NCBI GenBank assembly: GCA_951406725.2
Contig: OX597836.1
Location: 6,262,001 to 6,326,000, forward strand
From: Octopus vulgaris
Lineage: Eukaryota
Direction: 5' to 3'
DNA: 64,000 nt
Below, in pieces: positions 14,337 through 26,155 of this stretch. The notes beneath the pieces were generated by a model. It had not been told where the DNA came from and did no database searches. It saw only the letters and a list, made by a program, of their open reading frames with translations. Each line of letters begins with the position of its first letter. The stretch's first letter is position 1. The translations under genes and the position numbers were made by a program.

Positions 14337-15417
14337 CTACAAATGTAAGATGGCAGAGAGTTAAATGAAGAATTAAAAAAAAAAAAACATTCGTTAAGCT
14401 TTAAAAAAAATAAATAAACACTAAAAAGGTTTAGATGCTGTAACAACCAAATTGAGATAGAAAAGAAAAACAGGAAGGACATTGATGGAATTCGAACCCT
14501 GTATCGATTGATTAATAGGTGGAAACTTTACTGAATACTTTTCAGAACAAGTGCTATGTCGTTTCTCTAAATCAGTGGTTCCCAAAATGTTTCGATTCTA
14601 CCAGCTTGCCGCCTTAATAATAATAATCTCTACTATAGGCACAAAGCCTGGATTTTGTGAGAAGGGAGACAGTCGATCACATCGACCCCAGTATGCAACT
14701 GGTACTTAGTTCATTGATCCCGAAAGGAATTTGGTTGACGGAAACTGAAAGAAGCTCGTCGAGCGTGTGCGTGTATATGCACGTACATACATACCTATTT
14801 CTTTACTACCCGCAAGGGGCTAAACAGAGAGAGGACAAACAAGGACAGACAAACGGATTAAGTCGATTTCATTGACCCCAGTGCGTAACTGGTACTTATT
14901 TAATCGACCCCAAAAGGATGAAAGGCAAAGTCAACCTCGGCAGAATTTGAACACAGAACGTAGCGGCAGACGAAATGCAGCTAAGCATTTCGTCCGGCGT
15001 GCTAACGTTTCTGCCAGCTCGCCGCACGTGCATACATACAGGCGTGGCTATATAGTAAGAAGCTTGCTTCCCAACCACATGGTTCTGGGTTCAGTCCCAC
15101 TGCGTAGCACCCTGCGCAAGTGTCTTCCTCTATAGCCTCGGGCCAACCAAAGCCTTGTGAGTCAAATTGGTAAACGGAAACTAAAAGAAGCCCATCGCAT
15201 ATGTCTATGTGTCATCATCGCTTGACATCAGGTGTTGGCATGTTTACATCTCCGTAACCTCGCGCTTCAGCAAAAGAGACCGAAAAAATGTACTAGGCTT
15301 AAGAATAAGGCCTGGGGTAGAATTATTCGACAAAAACACTTCAAAGTGGTGCTCCTGTGTGGCCGCAGTCACATGACTAAAGCAAGAAGAAAATAAAATA
15401 TTGAACTGTTCACTTAC

Positions 15418-15620
15418 CAGTACTTCGCCGCCATTCGTACCAACGGCTAAAGATTTCCCGCTCAAGTTCCAAGACAAAGCTGTTAGAAACGCGCGCTCGT
15501 ATTCGGAGAAATTGACGCGAATCCGCCGACAGGTGCCCTTCTCGGCACACCACACGTACACCGTTTGTTTCAGAGTTACAGCGAGGTAATTACTGCAGTT
15601 CCAATCCAATATATTGGTAT
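15418..15620 (-). CDS. Cdc20-like exon 3 (WD40 repeats 1-2)
   Basis: ttttttatag|AT...CTG|GTAAGT, 203 nt, phase 1 to 0. YTNILDWNCSNYLAVTLKQTVYVWCAEKG...LTALSWNLSGKSLAVGTNGGEVL aligns with Cdc20 YLNLVDWS..NVLAVAL..SVYLW...LAVGTS.AEVQ. Confidence 0.93.
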
Positions 15621-15816
15621 CTATAAAAAAATATAAAATATATATAATGTGCAGGACTGGCTGTGTGGTAAGTAGCTTGCTTCCCAACCACATGGTTCCA
15701 GGTTCAGTCCCACCGCGTGGCACCTTGGGCAAACTATAAGCTCGTGTCCGTCGTGTATGTGTGTGTGTGTGTGTATATATATATATGTGTGTGTATATAT
15801 GTGTCCGTCGTGTATG

Positions 15817-15896
<80 letters not shown>

Positions 15897-16057
15897 TTAC
15901 ACACAAAATTTAAAGGACTGACCACTAAAAGTGGACGGTCAACATGCTAGATATAGACGTCAAAATCGCTATTTTCCACGAAGAATGTGGAAGACGTCTA
16001 TATCTAGCATGTTGACCGTCCACTTTTAGTGGTCAGTCCTTTAAATTTTGTATGTAA
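15897..16057. repeat. Inverted repeat with 59-bp perfect arms and a 31-nt spacer
   Basis: 15903-15961 is the reverse complement of 15993-16051. Confidence 0.92.
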
Positions 16058-16599
16058 AAATATTTTAATCTTCGGATTTCTTTAATATGCTAGGCCACTG
16101 GTTTTAATTTATTAATATCAATTTCAACCCTTATTCAATGTTATATATATATATATATGTATGTTATATATATATATATATAAAATCCCCATATCCCCCC
16201 CACACACACACCACACCTACACACACTAACCACTTCCCAGCACCAACAGCATGCACCATCATCTGCACACCCACACGCCATCATCCACACATCCACACGT
16301 TACAGACGCACACACATACACACATCCACACACATTCGTTTTGGGATCACCAATACTTTATCGACCGGAAGGATATTCCGTCGCAGTTGTACCCAAAATG
16401 AGTAACGTGAAATGAATTGTTTTGCTCAAGAACACAACGCGCTACCTGCTCTTGGAATCGAACCCACGATCAAGCAACAGTGAGTGCAATAGCTTGACCA
16501 CTAAGCCATGCACCGTCATCCTAAAATCCTTATACTGAAAGAAAAAAGATATGAGAGAGAAAGAGACTAAAATATAACCGCTGTATTGATTTATTCAAG

Positions 16600-16718
16600 G
16601 CTTGCGTGTTCGTTACTCGAGACACCGTTCGTCACCCGAGACGCTTAATGTTCTAAAAACTGTTCGTAAACCGATTTGTTCGTTGTGAGAGGCGTTCGTA
16701 AACCGAGGTTCCACTGTA
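16600..16718. mobile_element. Tigger/pogo-like TIR remnant
   Basis: Ends GTTCGTAAACCGAGGTTCCACTG|TA (reverse complement CAGTGGAACCTCGG) with subterminal gttcgta repeats. Partner TIR not seen. Confidence 0.5.
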
Positions 16719-18269
16719 GCAAAATTCTACTTTTGTTTTTGACCTTTTAGTATTTTTAATCCGTTAATCTTATATTCCAAAACACGTTTCGTCAATTCTT
16801 GCTAGAAATATTAAATTTTTCTAAGTTAAAAGTTATTTAACACTTTTATTTTTCCGTTTGTTTTTGGGGTGTTTTTGTGTTGTTTTTTTTTTTCATGAGA
16901 ATCGTGGCGGTAGAGTGTGATGCAGAATAGAAGAATGATATTTTCATTTATTAGAACAGTGAAAACAAAACAAAACAAATGACCACAATAATTGTAAGAC
17001 ACCATACTTGTTGATTAGCAAAGAAGTGAAAGCCGAGAGACTGGAAGCTTCCTGATAGCGACATAGGATCAAAGCCTTTCTCACAGAAACCTCCGAAAGC
17101 ATGGAATGAAACCGCATTCGCTAATCGTAGAACGTGGAGGAGATTCACAAATAATTAACCGCATTGTCTCTGGCTACTCAGTCTTTTTGTCTTTTGGGGG
17201 TGGGGTGAGCTGTTCGCCATTGGATTGCGGCCATGCTGGGGCACCGCCTTGAAGAATTTTTAGTCGAATGAATCGATCCAAATATTTGTCTGATTTTTTT
17301 TGCTTTGTTTTAGTCTTTGTTTTATATTATTTCAAGCCCGGTACTTTTTCTATCGATCCTTTTGCCGAACCGCTACCTTACGGGGACATAAACACAGCAA
17401 CACAGAGCGTCAAACGGTGGTGAGGCCCAAAGACACAAAGACACACAAACAGAGAGAGAAAGAGAGAGAGAAGACAGACAAGACGGGCTTCTTTCAGTTT
17501 CCGTCTACCAAATCCACTCACAAGGCTTTGGTCGGCCCGAGGCTATATTAGGAGACACTTGCCCAAGGTATCACGCTGTGGGACTGAACCCGGAACCATG
17601 TGGTTGCGAAGCAATCCTCTTACTACACAAATACGTCTGCGCCGAACAACAGAATAAAGAGTTTACGTGCATGGCAAAGTCGGGGGTTTTCATACACTAG
17701 AAATTAAACTGGTATTTTGAAATACCAATTCCAAGCCTCACAATTGCCTGGCCCAGCCCTTCCCCTCCAGATTGTCAGTCCTCTATAATATTCCTTCTGG
17801 TCAAGGATATGAGACATTTTGGCGCCGCCTATGTGGCGTCGCTGATTTGATATTGACTTGTAATCAGACTGGAGTAAAGATTGTTTGCCAACATAACATG
17901 ACAGTCCAGGTTTAGGACGAATGTTGCTGTAATTTTAGCCCCAGGAGACATCGTCTACAGCTGTCTATACGACACGATCTGTGTCCTTATATTTTCGAAC
18001 AAGGGAATCTAGCGCCCCCACTCAGTTCAAAACAATATCTGTGTATCGCCATTTCCGGGTTATTTCCCTTCATCAGACGTTTTACTGTTTCTCTCTCTCT
18101 CTCTCTATGAGCTTCTAGTCATGCTCGAATGCACGTGAGCATCTAGTTATACTCGCATGTGTGAGTGTGTGCATGTGTCTCTCCCTCCCTCACATTTCCT
18201 CTATCCGTACGCGTATACTACTTGGTGCGTGCACGTGTATGTACGTTTTTAGGTGTTTGCCTTTAATGT

Positions 18270-18575
18270 ACTGCAGCCGTGCCAAATTTCCAACGTCCAA
18301 ACAGCTGCGCCAAACTGCCAGCGCCCACATGCCTTATTCCACTGATCGTGCTCTTCCTACAGCCATCATCTTGGAGCTGCTCAAACTGACCAGCCACCAT
18401 CTTGATTTCTTTGGTCTCGATGGGATTATGAAGGCTACGAGCACAACACCTTCCGCCAGATCATATATGCGCACGTGCACGATTATCAACTGTGGCAATA
18501 AATCTATCCCGAATAAGTGGAAGTTGACATAAAAAATACACGATTTATCATCAACACCCACCAAACTTATCTAGA
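18270..18575 (+). mobile_element. Possible Penelope-like reverse transcriptase remnant
   Basis: PTAIILELLKLT...F.FFG...ATSTTPSARSY...PNKWK resembles the Penelope RT pattern ILELL...N.F.F...AMG...APSY...W.RY.DD, but is very degenerate. Confidence 0.4.
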
Positions 18576-19829
18576 ACAAGCTTGAGTAACACTTATATAA
18601 TAACAGACTCATTTCGAACAAAAAACCCTGCTTTTGTATTCCATCCTAGATTAAGGAAGCAAAAAGCAACGCACAAAGGAGAATTCAACATAAATAAAAC
18701 TATCAATACCTCGTGTTGTGAGCGAGTTAAACGATTTCCTCTACGCATGTATAGCCACAATAATAGAAGAATGCAGAGCTAAATAAACATCGTATTATTG
18801 CGAAGCATAGGAGTCACTAAGATAAAATAGACAAGTGGAAGAGTAGATTAAAGTGCAGAATATGCATTCGAGGTTACGGCGCAAGTAAAGCAATACAGAT
18901 GGCAGTTAATAAGCTTTCCAGAAGAATAAAGAAAGTATACATATATACCACGTGTGGAAAGTAAAAAAGGAAGATAATAAAGAAGCAAAATGGCTGCAAA
19001 CAACACTCGAATATTAAAAGACCAAAAAAAAAAAAAGAAAGAAAATCCGCGTTAAATAATAGATTAAAAAGGTAAAGCGTTAGGGAAAATTGGCTCACTA
19101 GAACAACAAGAATAGAGAAATATTGCCTTTGATAATAACCGCCAAAAAGATCTATACGACAATACGCGGTAGCAACATGGATGATAAGAACCCTCGATAA
19201 ACAAAAAGTGGAAATATTTGGGAAAGGTGGGTTTTTTTGGGGTTTTTTTTTTGAAAATGAAGAATACCGAAAAGCGATATTGGACAGAAAACTATACGGC
19301 ACGTTTGCGGCAGCTCTACATTAGCCGCCCCAACCGCCACCACAGTACAGCAATGGTTCCTGAATTGATCCAGCTTTACGTTAATGTATCTAGTTTCGGT
19401 CATTGAAATGCGGCCATGCTGGGGCACTATTTTGAAGTTTTTTTTTTTAAGTCGATGAGATCTACACCTGTACTTGTCTTTACAATTCTGATACTTATTC
19501 TATCGGACTATGTTGTCAGTCCGCTAAGTTACGGAGTTTGAAAACGAACCAGCACCGGTGGCCGAATGCCGACCCGTGACAGACAGGCGCAAAGGCACAC
19601 ATTCGTATATAAACATATACTCTCACACACACACATTCAAACGAACAAGTTTCCACAGTTTGTTTACCAAACACGCTCACAAAGCATTGGTTCGCTTGGA
19701 ACTATGACAGAATGCACTTGCTCAAGTTGACGCGCAGTGGGATTGAACCCGAAACTGTGTGGTTGCAAAACGTGCATCTTAAACACACAGCCACACCCGA
19801 GCCTATTAGGCCATGCCTGCGCCGCGCCT

Positions 19830-20130
19830 GTGTGGGAAAATCTGAAACGAAGATCCAGTCTTCCCCATCGAGAATAAGAACACAGTACTGCAATAATCTG
19901 GGTTTCAAGAGCCCGCAATTGTTCAACATCCTTCCAGACAACCTTAGAGATCTGCATGATGTTGATGTGGAAGTTTTCAAGGAATGTCTGGACAGGTTTC
20001 TATCTGAGATACCAGATGAACCCACATCGCGGCAGGAGACGGAAAGAGCAGCTCCGTCCAACTCGCTACCTCACCAAAAGCAATACCGGTAACAACACCG
20101 AGTAACTACTGGTGGGGCACCAGCATGACC
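19830..20130 (+). mobile_element. LINE ORF2 3' end remnant (CR1/L2/Crack-like)
   Basis: PQLFNILPDNLRDL...FKECLDRFLSEIPDEP...RAAPSNSL is a typical C-terminal LINE motif. Confidence 0.7.
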
Positions 20131-21652
20131 TCAGTAAAATATATATACCTCCTAATATAAATTTGAATGATGTTTCTCTGTTCGTTGCGTTTTTATGTCA
20201 GTTACCTCCTAGACCGTTGGTGCAAGGACTACGAAACTCAAACCAGCAACTCCCCTAACCCCAGGGAATGTCCTAAGGGGGTCTATTTTTTCAAGGACCG
20301 CCTAATTAGTATTCCACTACTCCCACCTATTTTTACTGAATTTTAAACTAAATACGTGGCACTGGCGACCAAATCGAAGCAATGACAATGAATTTCATAC
20401 CATGAACTCCCAGGGAGTATCGTAAGGAGGTTCAATTTCTGAAGGGCCGCTTAAATGGGGACCTACTGACTCCCTTATTTTTACTGCATTTACCTCGCCC
20501 CTACGCTTATTGATTAAACAATGGTCAGCATCAGTGCTTAGCACATTTGCAGAAATAAGTTTGAGCATTCTAAATACCTTCACGTACATTCAAATCGAGA
20601 TAAAGAGTTATAACAGGTACGTTTCAGGTGTGTCAGTGTGGATATTTATATTTGGTAGTTTATGAAACTTCGGTCTAATATAGAGTTGCCATGACTGATC
20701 GCTAAATCCACAAGTTTTTTTTTTTTTATTGTCTGTTCATTTTCTCGTATTCCTGTCTAAAGAGCGTAGGCTCGAAACATAAAAAACTTTCATTTTCCCA
20801 AGCATCAAACTAAAACACCTGCTTGTTATTCATACCCCTGTCTTCGTCTTTTGCTTTTCTGTAAATTTCTAGTGCATGTATGTATGTATGTATGTATGTA
20901 TGTATGTATGTATGTATGTATGTATGTATGTATATATACACACATACACACACACACACACGGAGGTATGTCTGTGTCATCTACCACCACTGCTTAACAT
21001 CCCCGTAACTTGGCTGTTCGGTAAAAACGACAAATAAAGTAAATACCAGGCTTCTTAAACGATAGGTGCTGGGATCGATTCGTTCAGCCAAAAATTCAAG
21101 GCGGTGCCCCAGCATGGTCGCAGTCTAATGACCGAAACAGGTAAACGTCAGTGTAATATTGGTTTGAAATTTTGGCACAGGTTCGGGGGAGGTGGTAAGT
21201 CAATTGTATCGACCCCAGTAGTTAAATGGTACTTATTTTATCGACCTCGATAGGACGAACGACTAAGTCGACCACGGCGGAATTTGAGCTTAGAATGTGA
21301 GACGGGTGAAATCCAGCTAAATAAAAGAGAACGTAGTATTGGTTTCAAATTTTGGAACAAGGCCAGCAATTTTGAGAGGAGGGGGTAAGTCAATTACATC
21401 GACCCCGGTAAGCAACTGGTACTTAATTTATCGACCTCGAAAGGACGAAAGGCAAAGTCGACCTCGGCGGAATTTGAACTCGGAGCGTAAAGACCGATGA
21501 AATGCTGCCAAGTAAAACAGACTGTAGAAATCTTGAGTGCACCGTGCCTAGAAACAATATGTATGGTCATGGGTGGAACGTCTTTGATCGTAAGATCTGA
21601 CAGTTCAGTGCTGGCCTGGAGCTAAGCAACAACAAGTGCTCGGCTATTTAAC

Positions 21653-21691
<39 letters not shown>

Positions 21692-23018
21692 AAACCCATT
21701 AAGACGGCCACAAACAACACAGCCGAATCTATAACAGCTAATTCCAAGCCATTGCTGCTGCCACTGCCGCTGCTGCTGCTATGGCAAGTTTCAGTTATTG
21801 ATCAATCTATGTAGACACCAGATCGAACAAAAAATCAATTTTTTCTATGGACAGTAAACCCGCTATCGGCATTCATGCTCATCTTCTAGGCCTTTATGTA
21901 AACTTCATTATTTACCAAAGTGCCAATACACAACGAGGGTTGTGAATAAATAAATATACCATCAACATATGGATCTGGTCTCGCTGAAAACAGTTTTTTC
22001 TTTGTTTCTCTCTCTCTCTCTCTCCATAAAGTCCTTTACTAAAATTAGTTTACCAAAAACAAAAAACTAGCACCAATTTTGTGCTGATGGTACACAAATT
22101 AAGGCAAGACATCTGTTATTATTTTCAACATTGTTTTCCCCTCCAAAACTCTTTTTCTTTCTTTCTTTCTTGTGATAATGTTTCTATTATTTTTATGCTA
22201 TATTTATAGCTGTTTTTTTTTTATAAGATTTTCTTTATAATTTTATATTTTTAAACATGATATCGTTATAATATTTTTATATACACGATTATTATTTATA
22301 TAAGATTGTATTTTCATATTTTTATACTTTTGTTTTTATTTTATACTTTATGTATTTAGTATTTTTTATAAATGCAATTTTTATATAAATTTATATTTAT
22401 AATTTTACCTATGTATTACATGCTATTTTTATACTTTTATATACAGTATATTTTTTATACATTTTTTATATATTTTTATATAGTATTTTATATTTGTATA
22501 TATGTTATATATATATATACACACACATATATCCTATATTTGTAAATGTGCTATTTTTATTTATAAGATTTTTATATTTTTATTTCCTAAGATTTTTATT
22601 TATGGTATTTACGTTTTTATAAACGCTATTTGTATTTTATAAGTATTTTATAAGATTTTTTATATATTTTTTTCATAAGACATTTATAAGAATATAGTTT
22701 TCTTATATTTTATACAATTGTTTTATATTTCTATCAATAGAATACGATCGAACTGTACAAGACAAAAAAAAAATCACTATGTATTTTCTGGAGGCTTTTT
22801 TGTTATTTTTTCCTTTATTCATCCGATATCAATTGTTTGTTTTGTCTTTTGTTTGCTTTTCTTTATTGTTGCTTAATGTTTTAAACATTTCCCAGTTATA
22901 CAGCAACAGATATCTTTTTAAGAAAGTCCTGCACTTAATCCATCCGTAATTTTATTCATCTACGGTCCATAGACGAAACGATTTCAACAAACCCTGACAA
23001 TAAAACGAAACTGAAGAC

Positions 23019-23074
<56 letters not shown>

Positions 23075-23504
23075 GATAACCAAAGCCTTATGCGTGAATT
23101 TGGTAGACGGAAACTGAAAGAAGCCCGTCGTATAAATTACTCTTTTACTCTTTTACTTGTTTCAGTCATTTGACTGCGGCCATGCTGGAGCACCGCCTTT
23201 AGTCGAGCAAATCGACCCCGAGACTTATTCTTTGTAAGACTAGTACTTTTTCTATCGGTCTCTTTTGCCTTGCCGCTAAGTGACGGGGACGTAAACACAC
23301 CAGCATCAGTTGTCAAGCAATGCTAGGGGGACAAACACAGACACACATATATACGACAGGCTTCTTTCAGTTTCCGTCTACCAAATCCACTCACAAGGCA
23401 TTGGTCGGCCCGGAGCTATAACAGAAGACACTCAGTGGGACTGATCCCGGAACCATGTGGTTGGTTAGCAAGCTACTTACCACACAGCCACTCCTGCGCA
23501 TATA

Positions 23505-23565
<61 letters not shown>

Positions 23566-23953
23566 ATGTTTGTATGTCTGTTTGTCCCCCTCCCCCAACA
23601 TCGCTTGACAACCGATGCTGGTGTGTTTACGTCTCCGTAACTTAGCGGTTCGGCAAAACAGACCGATGGAATAAGTACTAGGCTTACAAAGAAATAAGCT
23701 CTGGGGTCGATTTGCTCGACTAAAGGCGGTGCTCCAGCATGGCCACAGTCACATGACTGAAACAAAGTATATATGTGTGTTTGTGTGCATTTTTATTTAT
23801 ATATATATATATATACAGACATATACATATATATATATATATATATATACCGGAGTAAACACATAAATGTGAAACAAGGTGGAAAAAAGAGTACTCAAAT
23901 ACCAGGGGTAGAGTAATATGCTTTATTTAAAGCAGCAGAAAATTCAACAAAAT

Positions 23954-23991
23954 CTGTTACTCTGAGTTTCTCGTTGCCGTTCATCAGACAG
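23954..23991 (-). ncRNA. Minimal type I hammerhead ribozyme motif, minus-strand copy (sense to the Cdc20-like pre-mRNA)
   Basis: Exact reverse complement of 24003-24040. Followed on the minus strand by AATAAA (23927-23922). Confidence 0.7.
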
Positions 23992-24002
23992 TTTAGCAAA
24001 AA

Positions 24003-24040
24003 CTGTCTGATGAACGGCAACGAGAAACTCAGAGTAACAG
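24003..24040 (+). ncRNA. Minimal type I hammerhead ribozyme motif (Penelope-associated type), plus-strand copy
   Basis: CTGT (stem I), CTGATGA, a-CG-GCAA-CG-a (short stem II), GAAA, palindromic stem III ACTC-A-GAGT, GTA cleavage triplet (24034-24036), ACAG (stem I partner). Confidence 0.7.
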
Positions 24041-24147
24041 ATTTTGTTAACTTTTCTGCTGCTTTAAATATATATATATATACACACACACACGCCTATA
24101 TACACGAATATATACACGCATATATAATGATGTACTATAATACTTAC

Positions 24148-24285
24148 AGATGTCATCTCGTAGGCCAGGCATGTCTAAGACCCGTGACGGACTTGTAATT
24201 AACTTTCGCTTTTTTCGTTTTGGTGATGAGAAGAAAACGTCATCGACATCGACTTGCCATGGCGGGGAACTGACGGAGCTTCTTC
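24148..24285 (-). CDS. Cdc20-like exon 2 (absent from the ORF track)
   Basis: Acceptor ttttttatag|GA, donor ATCT|GTAAGT, 138 nt, phase 1 to 1. Translates RRSSVSSPPWQVDVDDVFFSSPKRKKRKLITSPSRVLDMPGLRDDI(Y), matching the Cdc20 motif P.RILDAP.l.dDYY. Confidence 0.92.
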
Positions 24286-24399
24286 CTATAAAAAAAAAAT
24301 AATAATAATAAATGCAGATTTATTCAATCGGGAGTTATATTGTTTAACAAACGGAAAGGAGTGAGGACGAGGGTTTTTTGCCCCACAAATCAGTCCTAC

Positions 24400-24792
24400 T
24401 TGAGGAAACGTTTGTTTGTTTGTTTGTTTGTTGAGCGAAGCGGTCTTCGTCGCAGAGTGGGAGAAGTCCGAAACGTGGTCCTTTGCCATTCGTAAGACCC
24501 GCAGAAGAGAAAGCAGGTCAACCCCCGACACCGAGAGCATCGACGGATGGATGAGTGCGCATCCAGGCTCAGCGATTGCGTAGCGTAAGAAGTCGGGGAC
24601 AAGAAACAGGAAGAAAGAGTGAGAGAATGTTGGAGCGACAGAGTACAACAGGGGTCGCCACCACCCATTGCCGGAGCCCCGTGGAGCTTTAGGTGTTTTT
24701 GCTCAATAAACACACAACGCCCGGTCTGGGAATCGAAACTGCGATCCTCCGACCGCGAGTCCGCTACCCTAACCACTGGGCCATTGCGCCTC
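24400..24792 (-). mobile_element. tRNA-derived SINE family C
   Basis: Minus strand ggcgcaatggcccagtggttagggtagcggactcgcggtcgg...gtttcgattcccagaccgg with an (AAAC)n tail. Related copies at 32478-32770(+), 33380-33520(-) and 51525-51800(+). Confidence 0.8.
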
Positions 24793-24899
24793 ATTGAGGA
24801 AACCTTTCAAACGCAAGCGTTCTAGTAATGAAACTCCAAATGATGAACCCTAAAACTCAACAACAAATGATAACTACGGCATCCGCGCTATCCAATGTG

Positions 24900-25085
24900 C
24901 TTGCTCTTCCAATGGGACATTGGACAAATTTGCGATCTGGATTTCTGGGCCGCAAGCAAGGACATCACTTTGCCTGTTGGAACGTCAAAAGCGACCGACG
25001 TATGTGGTCTGCATTCGGGAAGGACCTGGTGAACTCGTTGGCAGGAGCCGGTTCAACCCATTCCGAGTAAATGCCACTGCAAGGA
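24900..25085 (+). mobile_element. RTE-like LINE 3' end remnant
   Basis: Degenerate W...L...A..R..W pattern followed by gccggttcaaccc...gagtaaatgcc, resembling RTE 3' termini. Confidence 0.45.
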
Positions 25086-26155
25086 CGAGTATTTTACCCA
25101 TGACCACCCGATATCCTCAGACTGCTACCCACCCACCCATCCTTGCCTCCTAAATTATGTCTGTTTTTTTTCTTTTGTATCACTGATTTGATTCTGAATT
25201 CCTATCCCTCGCGAATTGAATATTCTCGGAGAAGCTCTTCATTGATTAGGCGAAGGTGGTTGTTTAAACCCATGGCGGCCCTAAACGAGTAAATTTATAA
25301 TTTAAATCTTAGTCATGAACATGATTCTATATTTTTCGTTTTTAGTCAATGTGTCCCGTTTTTTGAAAGATAATAACGTAAGATTTTAGTGATGGCCGTG
25401 TGGGAAGAAGCTTGCTTCCCAACCACATTTGTTCTGGGTTCAGTACTACTGCGTGGCACCTTGGACAAGGCTGGAGGGTATATCAGCCGAAACGTTGTGT
25501 TAACAACAAACGAGAACAAATATCCGCCAAAATGTAAATAATGTAAATGTTATTGTCCTGGTTAAACCAACAAACCCCGTCTGCAGTGATACGATAGTGC
25601 AAATAACTTCACCTTGGCTCTAAAATGCGTAACAGGGGAATGTAGCCAATTGAGCTAAACCCCAAAATATGTCCGGTAATTTCCAAAAACTACAGCCGTC
25701 ACTCGCAAGCGAGTAAGGCTTAACAGCATGTGAAACAGTTCCGTTAATTGTATTAGATCTCTGTAATCGAAAGCAGACAGACACCACCACCCCCTCCCCT
25801 CTGCCAACCCACTCTTCCACTTAATGGGGCATCTAGGATACGAACCGTATGGAGAGCTGCACCAGGACTAGAATGAGGTTCGATTTAATAGAGTGGAGCA
25901 AAGTAAAATGAAAAGCCCTCCTGAAAGATAGAACGCGCCGCCCGGTTCAGGAATCGAAATACGACTTTATGGTTGTGAATCCAACACCCTAACCACAAAC
26001 CCACGATCCTTCCCCTGCCTAATACCACTTGTTTCATAGACCCTGAAATGCTTACATTTCAAGTCAGCACCAGTAAAGTGCAAGTTGAACCATAGAAAAC
26101 AGAGGGCCCAACTACCGGGCCGCAGACAGGAATCCAGTCCTACAGAAAAAATGCA

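Larger units (their letters stand above)
23850..24070. mobile_element. Penelope-like pseudo-LTR fragment with inverted partial copy, between (TA)n tracts
   Basis: About 71-bp inverted arms (23924-23994 and 24000-24070, 2 mismatches) containing the hammerhead. The longer copy continues past AATAAA to about 23850. Confidence 0.65.

Noticed and set aside
21880-21990. Minus-strand acceptor followed by a short open frame (RPDPYVDG...)
   Set aside because: Exons 2 and 3 already join seamlessly (DDI-Y-TNILDW), leaving no room, and there is no homology.
22150-22730. Very T/A-rich 600-bp stretch
   Set aside because: Low-complexity sequence without a definable unit or structure.
24715-24792. tRNA gene
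   Set aside because: The tRNA-like head continues into a SINE body that recurs several times in the window.
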